From an uncultured virus (IMG/VR IMGVR_UViG_3300030388_001635) (Duplodnaviria > Heunggongvirae > Uroviricota > Caudoviricetes > Crassvirales): DNA of 64,000 bases. The notes under the pieces are model-generated. The model was not told the DNA's origin. It ran no database searches and saw nothing but the letters and a program-made list of their open reading frames with translations. Positions within the stretch are counted from its first letter, which is position 1; each line of letters opens with the position of its first letter. This document shows positions 1-10,050 of the stretch, in pieces. A program made the translations under genes and the position numbers. The stretch lies in IMG/VR virus record IMGVR_UViG_3300030388_001635; one strand, 5' to 3'.

Positions 1-2859
1 GTTTAATGTTAATGTTCCACTTGTTACGTTACCACCTGTTACAAAATTATTAGAACCTTCTGAAGTAACATAACCTGCACCATTTGTAAGTTGATTATTA
101 TTAGTAATAACAGGTACAGTACAATTTAATGTAACTGTTCCACTTGTACCACCACCACTCATTCCTGTTCCGGCAGTTACTCCTGTGATATCACCTACAC
201 TTGTTGTGTATCCTGCTCCGTTAGTAAGTTGATTATTGTTAGTTATTGTGTTAGAAATAGTAAGAGTACCACCGCTTGACGTAGAAGTTAATTCTGTTTG
301 TATACCTGCGCCTTGTGCAAAAGTAACAGTCTCTCCATTGGTTACATTACTTGTTTCTGTACCATTACCTTCTTTTAAAGTCCAAGAAGACATAGAGCCT
401 CCTGATGAAGTTACATATCCACTATCATTAGTCCATTGACTAATATTACCTCCCTTATTGGTGAAAGTCTGTGAGTTGGATGCAGTTGTTGTTCCCGTAT
501 TTGTTGTATAACCTGCTCCGTTAGTTAATTGATTATTATTAGTTATGGAGTTGTTAAATGTTACAGTTTCGTTAGAAGCTTGATTTAATGTAATAGTACC
601 ACCTCCCGAAAGTCCTGTTCCTGCAGTTAATGTTATAGTTGCATTATTAACTGTTGGTAAAGAGCCTGCTGTTATATATCCTGAGTTATTAGTCCATTGA
701 GAAATGTTACCTCCTTTATTAGTAAAGGTTTGTGAATTACTTGCATTAGTAAATCCTGTAGCAGTTAATGTACTTAATCCTTGTCTAGTTAATGTTAATG
801 TTCCTCCTGATTGGGATGCGCCTGTAACGTAATAATTATCATTATTATCATTAGGATTAAATGTAATAGTATCTGTAGCGTTATTTGTAGTAATAGACAT
901 TCCTCCTGTTGCTACAAAAGTCATTGTATCATTATTGCTATCTGCTACTACAGTATTTTGTCCACTTACAGCAAAGTTTTTATATATGGCTTGTGATGAG
1001 CCTTTGTCTGCGTTAGTTAAAGTTACAGCTCCACTTGTTCCACCACCTGACATACCACTTCCTGCAGATACCGCTGTAATATCTCCTACATTTGTAGTAT
1101 ATCCTGCTCCGTTAGTTAACTGATTGTTATTGGTTATTGTATTATTTAATGTTACGCTACCTGAAGTTCCTCCTCCACTTAGTCCTGTACCTGCTACAAC
1201 AGCTGTTATATCTCCTACACTTGTAGTATATCCTGAATCATTTGTCCATTGACTAATATTACCTCCCTTATTAGTGAAAGTTTGTGCGTTAGAAGCGGTA
1301 GTTGTTCCTGTATTTGTTGTGTATCCACTATTGTTACTCCATTGAGATATGTTATTACTAGCTAATCCTAAAGTAACACTTCCTGAAGTTCCTCCACCTG
1401 TTAATTTATTACCTGCTACAACAGCTGTTATATCTCCTTGAGGTATACTTGGGAATGCAACTATATCACCCTCCCCATTTATATAGTCTTCTGTATCTCC
1501 TTGAAAATTAATGACTAATGTTCCTGAGCCACTTACAGGTGTTCCTGTAATTTGCAAAGCATCTCCTTGAGCTGACAACGCAACACTCGTAACAGTTCCT
1601 GTGTTGTTCGTATAGCCTGCACCGTTAGTTAGCTGATTATTGTTAGTAATAGAGTTATTAAATGTTACAGTCTCGTTAGAGGCTTGATTTAATGTTATAA
1701 CTCCTCCTCCGGTTAAATTTGTTCCTGCTGTGAAAGTAATTGTAGCGTTGTTTACAGTTGGTAAAGAACCCGATGTTATGTACCCTGAGTCATTACTCCA
1801 TTGTGATATGTTACCACTCTTATTTGTAAATGTCTGTGAGTTACTAGCTGTAGTTGTTCCTACGTTAGTTGTATAACCCGCACCATTAGTTATTTGACTT
1901 GTGTTTATTGCAAAAGTAACATTACCTAAACCTTGTCTATTTAATGTAACAGTACCTGAAGTAACATTTCCACCTGTTACATAGTAATTATCATTATTAT
2001 CATTAGGATTAAACGTAATAGTATCAGTAGTATTATTAGTAGTAATACTCATACCCCCTGTTGCGACAAAAGTTAATGTATCATTGTTACTGTCAGCAAT
2101 TACTGTGTTTTGTCCACTAACAGCTACATTTTTAAATATAGCCTGAGAACTACCCTTATCTGAATTAGTAATGGTTACTGAACCTGACGTTCCCCCTCCT
2201 GAAATACCTGAACCTGCAACAACTGCAGTAATATCGCCCTGTGGTATAGAAGGAAAAGTTGTTAAATTACCTGCACCATTTATATATTGAGCTGAAGAGC
2301 CTGCCATTGTAATAGCAAGAGTTCCTGAACTTGTTATAGGTGAACCACCTACTGTAAATGCGTTACCACCATGTGTTTGAGACACAGATGTTACCCCTTC
2401 GCCTGATTGAGTAGCATTTATAGTAATAGTATCACCACTTCTCACAGTAGTAACATTACTACCACCTGCGATATCTATTGTATCATTATTACTATTAGCT
2501 GTTGCAGTACCACCTGAGTCAGCTGTAAAGTTTTTAAATATACTTTGTTGTGAACCTCTGTCCGTATTAGTTAAGTCAACTATAAAACCATTGGAGCTAG
2601 TTGACATACCTGTTCCACCTTGAATAGTTACTAAGCTATTTTGTATTACAGATGCTGATGTTCCACTATCTCCTGTTAATCTCCATGAAGACATTGTTCC
2701 TGCATCTATGTATCCTCTCAACTGTGAGCCGGTTACATAGTCTATTCTACCGTTACCATTAACAGTTAAGAACTTATCAGAGTCAGCAGAAGCATTTAAT
2801 AAACTGCCAATGGTGATACTCCCTGATGATGTAAGACTGTTTAAAAAATCTATTGCCAT
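1..2859 (-). CDS. Long repetitive tail/head fibre protein (partial; runs off the left edge; missing from the ORF track)
   Basis: ATG at 2859 (MAIDFLNSLTSSGSITIG...), open to position 1. G/T/S/N-rich with reiterated modules GDITAVVAGxGxSGGGTSGxVT, ITNNNQLTNGAGY and SNSQTFTNKGGNISQWTNDSGY. Confidence 0.85.
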   Translation of the reverse strand, partial: MAIDFLNSLTSSGSITIGSLLNASADSDKFLTVNGNGRIDYVTGSQLRGYIDAGTMSSWRLTGDSGTSASVIQNSLVTIQGGTGMSTSSNGFIVDLTNTDRGSQQSIFKNFTADSGGTATANSNNDTIDIAGGSNVTTVRSGDTITINATQSGEGVTSVSQTHGGNAFTVGGSPITSSGTLAITMAGSSAQYINGAGNLTTFPSIPQGDITAVVAGSGISGGGTSGSVTITNSDKGSSQAIFKNVAVSGQNTVIADSNNDTLTFVATGGMSITTNNTTDTITFNPNDNNDNYYVTGGNVTSGTVTLNRQGLGNVTFAINTSQITNGAGYTTNVGTTTASNSQTFTNKSGNISQWSNDSGYITSGSLPTVNNATITFTAGTNLTGGGVITLNQASNETVTFNNSITNNNQLTNGAGYTNNTGTVTSVALSAQGDALQITGTPVSGSGTLVINFQGDTEDYINGEGDIVAFPSIPQGDITAVVAGNKLTGGGTSGSVTLGLASNNISQWSNNSGYTTNTGTTTASNAQTFTNKGGNISQWTNDSGYTTSVGDITAVVAGTGLSGGGTSGSVTLNNTITNNNQLTNGAGYTTNVGDITAVSAGSGMSGGGTSGAVTLTNADKGSSQAIYKNFAVSGQNTVVADSNNDTMTFVATGGMSITTNNATDTITFNPNDNNDNYYVTGASQSGGTLTLTRQGLSTLTATGFTNASNSQTFTNKGGNISQWTNNSGYITAGSLPTVNNATITLTAGTGLSGGGTITLNQASNETVTFNNSITNNNQLTNGAGYTTNTGTTTASNSQTFTNKGGNISQWTNDSGYVTSSGGSMSSWTLKEGNGTETSNVTNGETVTFAQGAGIQTELTSTSSGGTLTISNTITNNNQLTNGAGYTTSVGDITGVTAGTGMSGGGTSGTVTLNCTVPVITNNNQLTNGAGYVTSEGSNNFVTGGNVTSGTLTLN

Positions 2860-2882
2860 AAAAAGGTGTTAAATTAAATTAT

Positions 2883-5243
2883 TTACGCCACCTTAGTCAC
2901 TAAGACTCTTACTGCATTGCTTGCTAATGCTGCTGAAGATAGTAGGGTTAAAGCGTTCGTACTTGTTCTTTGAACCTCTAAAGTTACAGTATCATAAGGT
3001 GCTGCATTATCATATGCTTGCACCATTACATCTCTTGTTCCGAAATTGTGTGATACTGTATAAGATACAGCTGAACCGTTTCCAATGTTCTGAGCATAAA
3101 ATGCACTTGAACCTATACATGCTTCAACAGCCGCACAGAAGTTTGTAACTTGTGATGAAGTAATTGCTATCGTTTGTGCTGCCATTGCAGTTACAAGACC
3201 TTTAGCATTTACTGTAGCACTTAAAGAGCTTGATGCACTTCCAAAGCTTCCAACATTACTGTTAACAGTTGCTAGTGTTAAACCTGAAGTTACATTAGCA
3301 GAACCGTCAAAGGTTACTCCCCATGTTCCATCTCCTGTAAGAGATATAGTTCTTGCAGTTGCTAATTTAGTAGCTGTAGCTGCATTACCCGTAATCTCAC
3401 CTTCAATGTTTGCTATTAAAGTTCCTACGTTTGCTATTGTAGCTGTAGTAGTTGGCTTAGTAGTAGCATTACCTAATCTAAACTTAGGAGATGCTGCTGT
3501 AGCTGATGAAGATGCATCATAAAATAAAGTAGGGAAATAATTAGTAGCTGATATTACATAGTTACCAAAGAATCCTATATCAACTGAATTAGCACCACCG
3601 CCTGCAACGTCATTGCCATTAGCGTACTCCATCATATTATCTTCGATGGATACTGTTGTACTATTTATAGTTGTTGTTGTTCCATTAACTGTTAAGTTAC
3701 CTGCGATAGTTACTGTTGAACCGTCATCAGTAACAGACGAGTTAGTTAACTGATTGCTAGTATTATCCCATTTCATTAATGCATTTGCACTTAATGCTGC
3801 GAAATTCTTAAGACTTAAACTTCCTGTAGTAGTTATTGTACCTCCTGTTAAACCACCTGTTGCAGGTGTTGCTACTGAAGTAACTGTACCGGAATTATTT
3901 GAGTATGGTAAATCGCCTACTAAATGTTTAGCAGCTATTGTACTTCCGTCTTCCATTGCTATTATAACAGAATCAACATCTAAAGCAGTACCTTCTGAAT
4001 CTGTAGCTTGGTCAATAAATCCTCCTGAAGCTGCATAATTTAAAGCAACAGTTCTAACGACAGCACCATCGTATGAGCCACTAAATGTTAATGAAGTATT
4101 TGTTGCTGTAAGAGTTTTTAAAGTTCCTCCTAAAGCAACACCACTAATAGTAGAGTTTGCTAGTCTGTCGTTTGCTATACCTCCTGCAGATATTCCAAAT
4201 GCTAGAGTTCCGTTTGTAGTTATTGGTGAACCTGTTACTGTTAATCCATTTGCTCCTGTTGCTGCTACTGATGTTACAGTACCACCTCCAATCGCTGATT
4301 GTAATTGAGATACATTAATAAATCCTGCATCGCCTGATGCTGAAGTATCTGATAAAAATAATCTGTCTGTTGATGCAACCGTTTTAGCTGTAAAGTCTGC
4401 ACTTGCAAGTATAACGTTATCTGCACCTAAGTAATCAACAGCTACACTAGGAGAAGGACCTGTACTGTTTGTTACTGTAATACCTGCGCCACCTAATACT
4501 GAAGTAACATCTCCTACCGAAATAGTTTGTAATGCACCTGTACCATCTATAAATTGAGATGTTGTACCTGAACCTGATACTGTAAATGTTCCGTTAGCTG
4601 TTATTGGTGAACCTGCTACTGAAAATGCTGCAGGCATTGCTAATGCAACACTTGTTACCGTACCTTCATCTCGGTCAGCTAATGTACCATCACCTAATAC
4701 AATTTGGTCACTCTCGCCATCCCATTCAAAAGCTAGTGTTCCTGTGGTCGTAACCGGAGTACTTGCCGCTGTAATTTTTAAAGCATCACCTGCTGTATAA
4801 CCTGTAATTGCTAAACCTACTGATGTTACAGTACCTCCGCCAATAGCTGCACTAAGTTGTGATAAGTTTACAAACTTAGCATCACTATCTGTTGCATCAG
4901 ATATTAATACTTTATCTGTAGTTGCTAATGATAAAGCTGTTCCATCCGCTGCAGCTAATATTACGTTATCTGCGCCTGCATAGTCTACTCTAACTGTAAC
5001 ATTTCCTGAAGTTCCGCCTCCATCTAAACCTGCGCCTGCAGTAACTCCTGAGATATCTCCTGAGCCATCTAAAGAAACCCAAGCTGTACCTGTATTGTAA
5101 TTAAAAGTGCTTGTTGTTGTGTTAAAGATAAACTGACCTGCGTAAGAAACTCCTTGTGCCGGGTTAGCAGCAAGGTTCTGTGCTGACACATTTTGTATCT
5201 CGTTTGTAGTTAAGTCTATGTTGTTTAAAAATCTAATTGCCAT
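2883..5243 (-). CDS. Fibre/spike structural protein (786 aa)
   Basis: Repeated GTVTSV / GDVTSV modules; GNLTVNGTTTTINSTT beta-helix-like segment; C-terminal VSHNFGTRDVMVQAYD domain typical of fibre proteins. Confidence 0.75.
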   Translation of the reverse strand: MAIRFLNNIDLTTNEIQNVSAQNLAANPAQGVSYAGQFIFNTTTSTFNYNTGTAWVSLDGSGDISGVTAGAGLDGGGTSGNVTVRVDYAGADNVILAAADGTALSLATTDKVLISDATDSDAKFVNLSQLSAAIGGGTVTSVGLAITGYTAGDALKITAASTPVTTTGTLAFEWDGESDQIVLGDGTLADRDEGTVTSVALAMPAAFSVAGSPITANGTFTVSGSGTTSQFIDGTGALQTISVGDVTSVLGGAGITVTNSTGPSPSVAVDYLGADNVILASADFTAKTVASTDRLFLSDTSASGDAGFINVSQLQSAIGGGTVTSVAATGANGLTVTGSPITTNGTLAFGISAGGIANDRLANSTISGVALGGTLKTLTATNTSLTFSGSYDGAVVRTVALNYAASGGFIDQATDSEGTALDVDSVIIAMEDGSTIAAKHLVGDLPYSNNSGTVTSVATPATGGLTGGTITTTGSLSLKNFAALSANALMKWDNTSNQLTNSSVTDDGSTVTIAGNLTVNGTTTTINSTTVSIEDNMMEYANGNDVAGGGANSVDIGFFGNYVISATNYFPTLFYDASSSATAASPKFRLGNATTKPTTTATIANVGTLIANIEGEITGNAATATKLATARTISLTGDGTWGVTFDGSANVTSGLTLATVNSNVGSFGSASSSLSATVNAKGLVTAMAAQTIAITSSQVTNFCAAVEACIGSSAFYAQNIGNGSAVSYTVSHNFGTRDVMVQAYDNAAPYDTVTLEVQRTSTNALTLLSSAALASNAVRVLVTKVA

Positions 5244-5260
5244 GTCTTTTTTTTATTTTG

Positions 5261-5986
5261 TTAATTTAAAAATGCTTTTCCTGTGAATGCAGCTGAAAAT
5301 GTTATTGTCAACTTGTTCGCAGAGTTATATACTACTTGTCCAAATCCGGTTGCAAAAGGTGTGTTAGCTGAATCGGTAACCGTAACCGATGGGTACGAAT
5401 TCAAGTTATGTGTTATTACCCATATTGCTGATGCAACGTCTTGGGGATGTACATAAGTTGATGCAGTACTACCTTTATATGTCAGCAAAGATATAAAATA
5501 ATTAGTATTATTAATTAGGCTACCATTACCGGTTGAATATGTCACATCAATGTTCCAAAAGTTAGGTTCTGCAGCATCTACAACAGCTGCTGTCCATTCG
5601 TATAAACCGAAAACTGAAGGATTACCAACTTGAGAAATTAATACTGTAGATTGTAATAATGGATTTGTATAGTAAGAACTAACATCTACGTTATTATTGA
5701 TTTGAAACTTACTTAATACAAAAGTAGTTAAAGAACTAAATGGAATAATACCTGCATCAAAAGTATCAAAAGATATAGTTCCCGGTAATCTAACATCACC
5801 TGCCTCTCTATCTTGATACTTATAACGTAAAGATTGGTCTTCTATTTTATTAAATGTATTTAAGAATACCGCTACAGCATCAGCTGAAAAGTTTTTAGTC
5901 GCATTTGCGTTTGCTGAGTCTGTACCAATCCACTTATCTTGACCTATTACAGGACTAGCTAATGGATAACTATCAATTTTTGCCAT
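5261..5986 (-). CDS. Virion fibre-associated protein (241 aa)
   Basis: MAKIDSYP N-terminus resembles that of the 944-aa fibre; C-terminal WVITHNLNSYPSVTVTDS module. Confidence 0.6.
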   Translation of the reverse strand: MAKIDSYPLASPVIGQDKWIGTDSANANATKNFSADAVAVFLNTFNKIEDQSLRYKYQDREAGDVRLPGTISFDTFDAGIIPFSSLTTFVLSKFQINNNVDVSSYYTNPLLQSTVLISQVGNPSVFGLYEWTAAVVDAAEPNFWNIDVTYSTGNGSLINNTNYFISLLTYKGSTASTYVHPQDVASAIWVITHNLNSYPSVTVTDSANTPFATGFGQVVYNSANKLTITFSAAFTGKAFLN

Positions 5987-6393
5987 TATTTTCTTTTATT
6001 TCTATTTGCTTTTTCATATGAACGACCTCCAAAGTATGCTCCAATGCAAGTCATTAAAACAACTTTTAACAAATCTTTCCATTCATCGTCAACTACAAAG
6101 GTAATAAATCCTGAGTCAATAAATATTAACAACATTGTACAAGTTATAATAAAGATTAGCACCATAGGTCTTACTGATTTAGTAAGCTTATTATCACTAG
6201 CCATATCATGTTTCCATCTTTCAGTTACATTCTTTTGTTCAGCTGCTTCAGCATTAATAAGAATTTCTGTCATTTCTTTATGAAACGCATCTTTCTCTTC
6301 TTTTGTTTGTATAAACTTATCAGCAATATTGGTTATTTTGTCTGCAACTGCTCCGCCTGACAGACCAAAGATTTTACTTAGTATACTTAGCAT
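5986..6393 (-). CDS. Holin-like membrane protein (GTA 3TM-holin-like)
   Basis: RWKHDM.SD..L.KSVRP motif, hydrophobic helices and AYFGGRSYEK; adjacent to the amidase. Confidence 0.75.
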   Translation of the reverse strand: MLSILSKIFGLSGGAVADKITNIADKFIQTKEEKDAFHKEMTEILINAEAAEQKNVTERWKHDMASDNKLTKSVRPMVLIFIITCTMLLIFIDSGFITFVVDDEWKDLLKVVLMTCIGAYFGGRSYEKANRNKRK

Positions 6394-6803
6394 ATGTTTT
6401 TATATTCGTTTGTTGCATCAAAACTTGGACAAGCTTTAGTTGAGAAATCTCTATGTCCATGTATGGTAGATTCCGGATGAGCTCGTTTTAATACTTTCAA
6501 CAAAGATACTAAACTATCTGATTGTAGTTTTGTTCTTGTATCTACCCATTCATGCATGTCTTTATCCATGCCTCCTATATAACATATACCTATGCTGTCT
6601 CTGTTATGACCTTTTACATGAGCTCCTGATTTATCAACCATTCGTCCATATTCAATTTTTCCATCAAGTCTAACAACAAAATGATATCCTATATCATCCC
6701 ATCCGTTACCCTTAACATGCCAATCTCTTATATCTTCTGCACTAAAGTCTTTATTTCTAGGAGTTGCTGAACAATGAATAATTATTTTATTAATTTCTCT
6801 CAT
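6387..6803 (-). CDS. Endolysin, N-acetylmuramoyl-L-alanine amidase (T7 lysozyme-like, Amidase_2)
   Basis: IIIHCSAT, DIGYHFVV, GAHVKGHN, SIGICYIGG and GHRDFSTKACPSF zinc-amidase motifs. Confidence 0.95.
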   Translation of the reverse strand: MREINKIIIHCSATPRNKDFSAEDIRDWHVKGNGWDDIGYHFVVRLDGKIEYGRMVDKSGAHVKGHNRDSIGICYIGGMDKDMHEWVDTRTKLQSDSLVSLLKVLKRAHPESTIHGHRDFSTKACPSFDATNEYKNIC

Positions 6804-6945
6804 AGCATATAGTTTTAATTATTCTTATACTGTCACCATTTAAGGCATCACAAGCATATGCCGGACTATTTTTAGGTAACTTTTTAAAAGGTGAGCAAGA
6901 AACACCAAAGACTAAAACAATAATTAATAGTATTAATTTTTTCAT
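6790..6945 (-). CDS. Small lipoprotein (spanin candidate)
   Basis: Likely start MKKLILLIIVLVFGVS-C at 6945: a signal peptide with a lipobox Cys, inside the lysis cluster. Confidence 0.55.
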   Translation of the reverse strand: MKKLILLIIVLVFGVSCSPFKKLPKNSPAYACDALNGDSIRIIKTICYERN

Positions 6946-6982
6946 TTTAGCTTTTCTGTGTTGAAGTAAAAGCAATTTAATA

Positions 6983-7147
6983 TTACTTTTTTTTATGTTG
7001 CCACATATATAATCTAATGATTGAGTAAGAAATCGCTAATACAAGCGATATAAAAGTTAGATATTCATTACAGTCTGTTATAGAAAATCCTATAGCTCCT
7101 GCGTTAGGTATTACTACCTCCAATGTATCCTTCATGTCGCTATTCAT
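6983..7147 (-). CDS. Small membrane protein (second holin candidate), 54 aa
   Basis: Read by hand: MNSDMKDTLEVVIPNAGAIGFSITDCNEYLTFISLVLAISYSIIRLYMWQHKKK, a TM helix plus a basic tail, upstream of the amidase. Confidence 0.55.
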   Translation of the reverse strand: MNSDMKDTLEVVIPNAGAIGFSITDCNEYLTFISLVLAISYSIIRLYMWQHKKK

Positions 7148-7248
7148 TTTCAATTTAACTTTTTTTAGTTACATAAATGTAAGTGTAGGTCAGATTATTT
7201 GACCAAGAGTTGTGTTGAGTGTATTCCATAATTAGAATTTATTATTCA

Positions 7249-8142
7249 TTACCAAAGAGCTATTAAACTAGCATTAGTTATTGCCGGTGTTGCATAAACC
7301 TGTACAACCTGTACAGGCAATACTTCTCCAACAGGAAAATTATTAAATGTTATATCTTGCCCACCTGCAGTTTTTACTTTAATGTTTACATGTCTAGGGT
7401 CATTTGTTCCTTGTCCATATACAGGAACTCCCGGAGTTGTAGGGTCATTATTAATGTCTTGTACAAACTGTGTGCTTGTTCCAACATACACTAAACATCC
7501 CTGTGCTCCTGCTCCTGAACCTGCTGCTCCTGTTGCTGCTTGTGGAGGATTAGCTGAATAAATTTCGTAAACTTCGTTTGTTGCCATTATATTATTGGCA
7601 ACGCTTAAGTCTTGGTCATTATTTACAGCTGTTACTGATGTTGAAGTTTTATCAGTTCTGTTATATACAATATCTCCAACCGAAACTCCTAATCTACTAA
7701 CAAATCCATTTGAGTAAATCTCAACATTTTTTCCTGTAGGGAAATTATTATTATCTACTAAAAGAGTAGAAGAGGTTGGTTTGTTGTTACCTGCATCAGG
7801 TGGTCCTGTTAATGTTCCAACAGTACCGTCAGTCGTATTGTATGCTACATTACCTTTTTCTATAAATACTCCTGCACCTGCCTGAATATTATTAGCTTGA
7901 GCTAATGTAGAACTTAATAAAAAGTTTTCTGTAGAACAATTTATTTGACTTACTACAGAAGCACCGTCAGTAACAAATTGTCTTGTTCTAACAGTTACAC
8001 CGGCATCAAAAAGTTTATTTGCTACCGTTGATGTTGTTAAAGAGCTGACAATTAATAAAGATGGATTGGGTATATATAAAGTATCACTTGGAATAATTTC
8101 CACAGATGACATTACATTAACCATGTTTTTTAAATACGACAT
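7249..8142 (-). CDS. Head spike-base-like structural protein with internal insertion
   Basis: N-terminal EIIPSD and C-terminal GQDITFNNFPVGEVLPVQVVQVYAT...LIALW resemble the GTA Rcc01079 spike-base family. Confidence 0.55.
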   Translation of the reverse strand: MSYLKNMVNVMSSVEIIPSDTLYIPNPSLLIVSSLTTSTVANKLFDAGVTVRTRQFVTDGASVVSQINCSTENFLLSSTLAQANNIQAGAGVFIEKGNVAYNTTDGTVGTLTGPPDAGNNKPTSSTLLVDNNNFPTGKNVEIYSNGFVSRLGVSVGDIVYNRTDKTSTSVTAVNNDQDLSVANNIMATNEVYEIYSANPPQAATGAAGSGAGAQGCLVYVGTSTQFVQDINNDPTTPGVPVYGQGTNDPRHVNIKVKTAGGQDITFNNFPVGEVLPVQVVQVYATPAITNASLIALW

Positions 8143-8171
8143 ATTTTAATTATTATATTAGTTATTACTTT

Positions 8172-8900
8172 TTAGAAAGTTACTAAAGGTGCTTTTAACC
8201 ATTGGTTAACTCCAACTGCAACATAAATTCCGTCTAAAGCAATTATAACAGTTCCTAGTTCTCCCGCTGATGTTGGTGTTGCCGGTGCTGTTTCAAGTGT
8301 TATTACTGCTAACCTAGCTGCTAAAAGTTTTCCTGTAGTAGTAATTGCTGTAGCTCCTACTAGAGTACTCTGAAGAGTTAAAATACCTTGAATGTCTGCT
8401 ACTCCGTTTATATCTAAAGAACCTGCATCTATAAGTCCTGTTGCTGAAACTGCTGCACATCCTACGCCTCCTGCAGTTGTTACTGAAGCACCTGTTAAAA
8501 CTCCTGTAAATGTTCCTGCTACACCTGAAACATCTCCTGTAAATATTCCTGCTACACCTGCTAGATTTCCTGAAGCTGATAAATTAACACAAGATAAGTT
8601 TCCTGAGAATGTACCTATTACTCCTGTTATATTTCCTGAAGCTGATAACGAACCTGTTAAAGTTATTAATGCAGCTGTTTCAACCATGATAGAATCAGTT
8701 ACGGTATTAGTATCTAGCCATTTAACTATTGTACCTGCTGTTCCACTACCGTCAACCCCTCCGCCTACTACGACAGTATCAAGGATATCTTGCATTGTAA
8801 ATATTGTTCTTTGTGCATTCAATGATGCTGAACCTCTGTTTTCTGTATCAACAGTAGATTTTACTGTATGAAATTTTTGTCCTGTTGGAATTGTTGCCAT
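8172..8900 (-). CDS. Fibre/spike protein (242 aa)
   Basis: LSASGNITGV / GIFTGDVSGV repeats; C-terminal APATPTSAGELG...DGIYVAVGVNQW module. Confidence 0.6.
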   Translation of the reverse strand: MATIPTGQKFHTVKSTVDTENRGSASLNAQRTIFTMQDILDTVVVGGGVDGSGTAGTIVKWLDTNTVTDSIMVETAALITLTGSLSASGNITGVIGTFSGNLSCVNLSASGNLAGVAGIFTGDVSGVAGTFTGVLTGASVTTAGGVGCAAVSATGLIDAGSLDINGVADIQGILTLQSTLVGATAITTTGKLLAARLAVITLETAPATPTSAGELGTVIIALDGIYVAVGVNQWLKAPLVTF

Positions 8901-8926
8901 TTTGTTTGTTTTTTTTTAGTTTTTTA

Positions 8927-9091
8927 TTAATTTTTTTTATAAGGAAAAAGTCTATTCAATGAATCTCTTCTGTTTTTACATCCACAATCTTTAACTCCAA
9001 CTGATGCAGCTACTTTTTTTACAGCTGTATCAATCCCTGTCGCTTTAGTTAGTTTCTGTATCGAATCTCCTAGTCCTTTACTTTTTGCCAC
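8927..9091 (-). CDS. Small basic protein with CGC motif (54 aa, GTG start)
   Basis: Read by hand: (M)AKSKGLGDSIQKLTKATGIDTAVKKVAASVGVKDCGCKNRRDSLNRLFPYKKN. Confidence 0.65.
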   Translation of the reverse strand: MAKSKGLGDSIQKLTKATGIDTAVKKVAASVGVKDCGCKNRRDSLNRLFPYKKN

Positions 9092-9218
9092 TTTTTTTCT
9101 TTTTCACTTCTGTATTACAAGAACACAGTCTATAGGGACAGTTTTTTATATCAAACAAAAGTTTAGCCACTAACCAATTCCAACTACATTGTAATTTACA
9201 CCACATTGCTTTTATCAT
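9078..9218 (-). CDS. Small Cys/Trp-rich basic protein (46 aa)
   Basis: Read by hand: MIKAMWCKLQCSWNWLVAKLLFDIKNCPYRLCSCNTEVKKKKSGKK. Its start overlaps the upstream stop (TAATG). Confidence 0.5.
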   Translation of the reverse strand: MIKAMWCKLQCSWNWLVAKLLFDIKNCPYRLCSCNTEVKKKKSGKK

Positions 9219-9415
9219 TATTTAGATATATGTCTGCTATTAGAACCTAAATGTGCTTCATACTTCATACTATGGTCTCCACCGTATGCATGTCCACTAC
9301 TTTTTTTTGACATTGCTTTGCTTTCATTTCTACGAGATTTCATAGATTGTGTCTTCTTGCCATTTCTAGCTCCCATTGAATCGTCTAATCTTGCGTTATA
9401 ACCTTGATGTGCCAT
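9218..9415 (-). CDS. Small basic protein (65 aa)
   Basis: ORF track; K/R/S-rich; A-rich start context. Confidence 0.65.
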   Translation of the reverse strand: MAHQGYNARLDDSMGARNGKKTQSMKSRRNESKAMSKKSSGHAYGGDHSMKYEAHLGSNSRHISK

Positions 9416-9439
9416 TTTTTTTAATTTTTATATTTATAA

Positions 9440-9598
9440 TTATGCATTAGAGCTTCTTCGCCTTCCGGCTGCAGCTTTTCTTGCCATTCCTTTTTTACCG
9501 TACTTGTTTACCCCTATACTATAAGCAATAGCTTTAGCCGCTTTCTCAGACTTTCCTTGTCCCATTAACTTTTTAACCATTACTTTAAATTTACTCAT
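9440..9598 (-). CDS. Small Lys/Arg/Ala-rich protein (52 aa)
   Basis: Read by hand: MSKFKVMVKKLMGQGKSEKAAKAIAYSIGVNKYGKKGMARKAAAGRRRSSNA. Lies directly downstream of a promoter motif. Confidence 0.65.
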   Translation of the reverse strand: MSKFKVMVKKLMGQGKSEKAAKAIAYSIGVNKYGKKGMARKAAAGRRRSSNA

Positions 9599-9614
9599 AG
9601 CGATATTTATTTGA

Positions 9615-9622
9615 CAAAGATA
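9615..9622 (-). promoter_or_regulatory. Bacteroidota sigma-A -7 element (TATCTTTG)
   Basis: CAAAGATA on the top strand, intergenic, just upstream of the ORF starting at 9598. Confidence 0.65.
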
Positions 9623-9644
9623 CTAATATTTTATTTTAAATTTT

Positions 9645-9926
9645 TTAACACTTCCAACGTCTTCTTGCTTGTCTTATTCTAGAGTTAGGGTCGTTCCTTG
9701 TAGCTGCGCTACTGTTTTTTAATTGACCTGCGCTTCTTGCACAATAAGACTTTCTTCTTTTAGATGCTTTACTACCTTTCTTAACCGTTCCGGTTACAGC
9801 TGTTTTAAGTTTAGAGCCGGGATTAGCTTTTCTATAAGCTGCAACTCCTTTCTTAGTCATACCTGCGCCTTTCTTAGTTGCTCGATAGTTAGCGTTCTTT
9901 CCTTTAGTAGTCTTTCTTATTGCCAA
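9645..9926 (-). CDS. Highly basic phage protein (DUF6321-like)
   Basis: RRKSYCARS...DPNSRIRQARRRWKC motif. Confidence 0.65.
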   Translation of the reverse strand: MAIRKTTKGKNANYRATKKGAGMTKKGVAAYRKANPGSKLKTAVTGTVKKGSKASKRRKSYCARSAGQLKNSSAATRNDPNSRIRQARRRWKC

Positions 9927-9927
9927 T

Positions 9928-10050
9928 TTACTTTTTCTTCTTATGAGAGTAACCTCTTTTTTTTAAAGCTAAGTGTTGCTTCATTGTATTAGCAGTCTTT
10001 ACGAGACCTTTCTTGCTATACATTTTATGTACTTTAAATTTTGTTGCCAT
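9928..10050 (-). CDS. Small Lys/His-rich protein (40 aa)
   Basis: Read by hand: MATKFKVHKMYSKKGLVKTANTMKQHLALKKRGYSHKKKK. Confidence 0.6.
   Translation of the reverse strand: MATKFKVHKMYSKKGLVKTANTMKQHLALKKRGYSHKKKK

Noticed and set aside
1..5243. Diversity-generating retroelement acting on the fibre repeats
   Set aside because: No reverse transcriptase is present, and repeat differences are not adenine-specific; they look like ordinary coding-module duplications.
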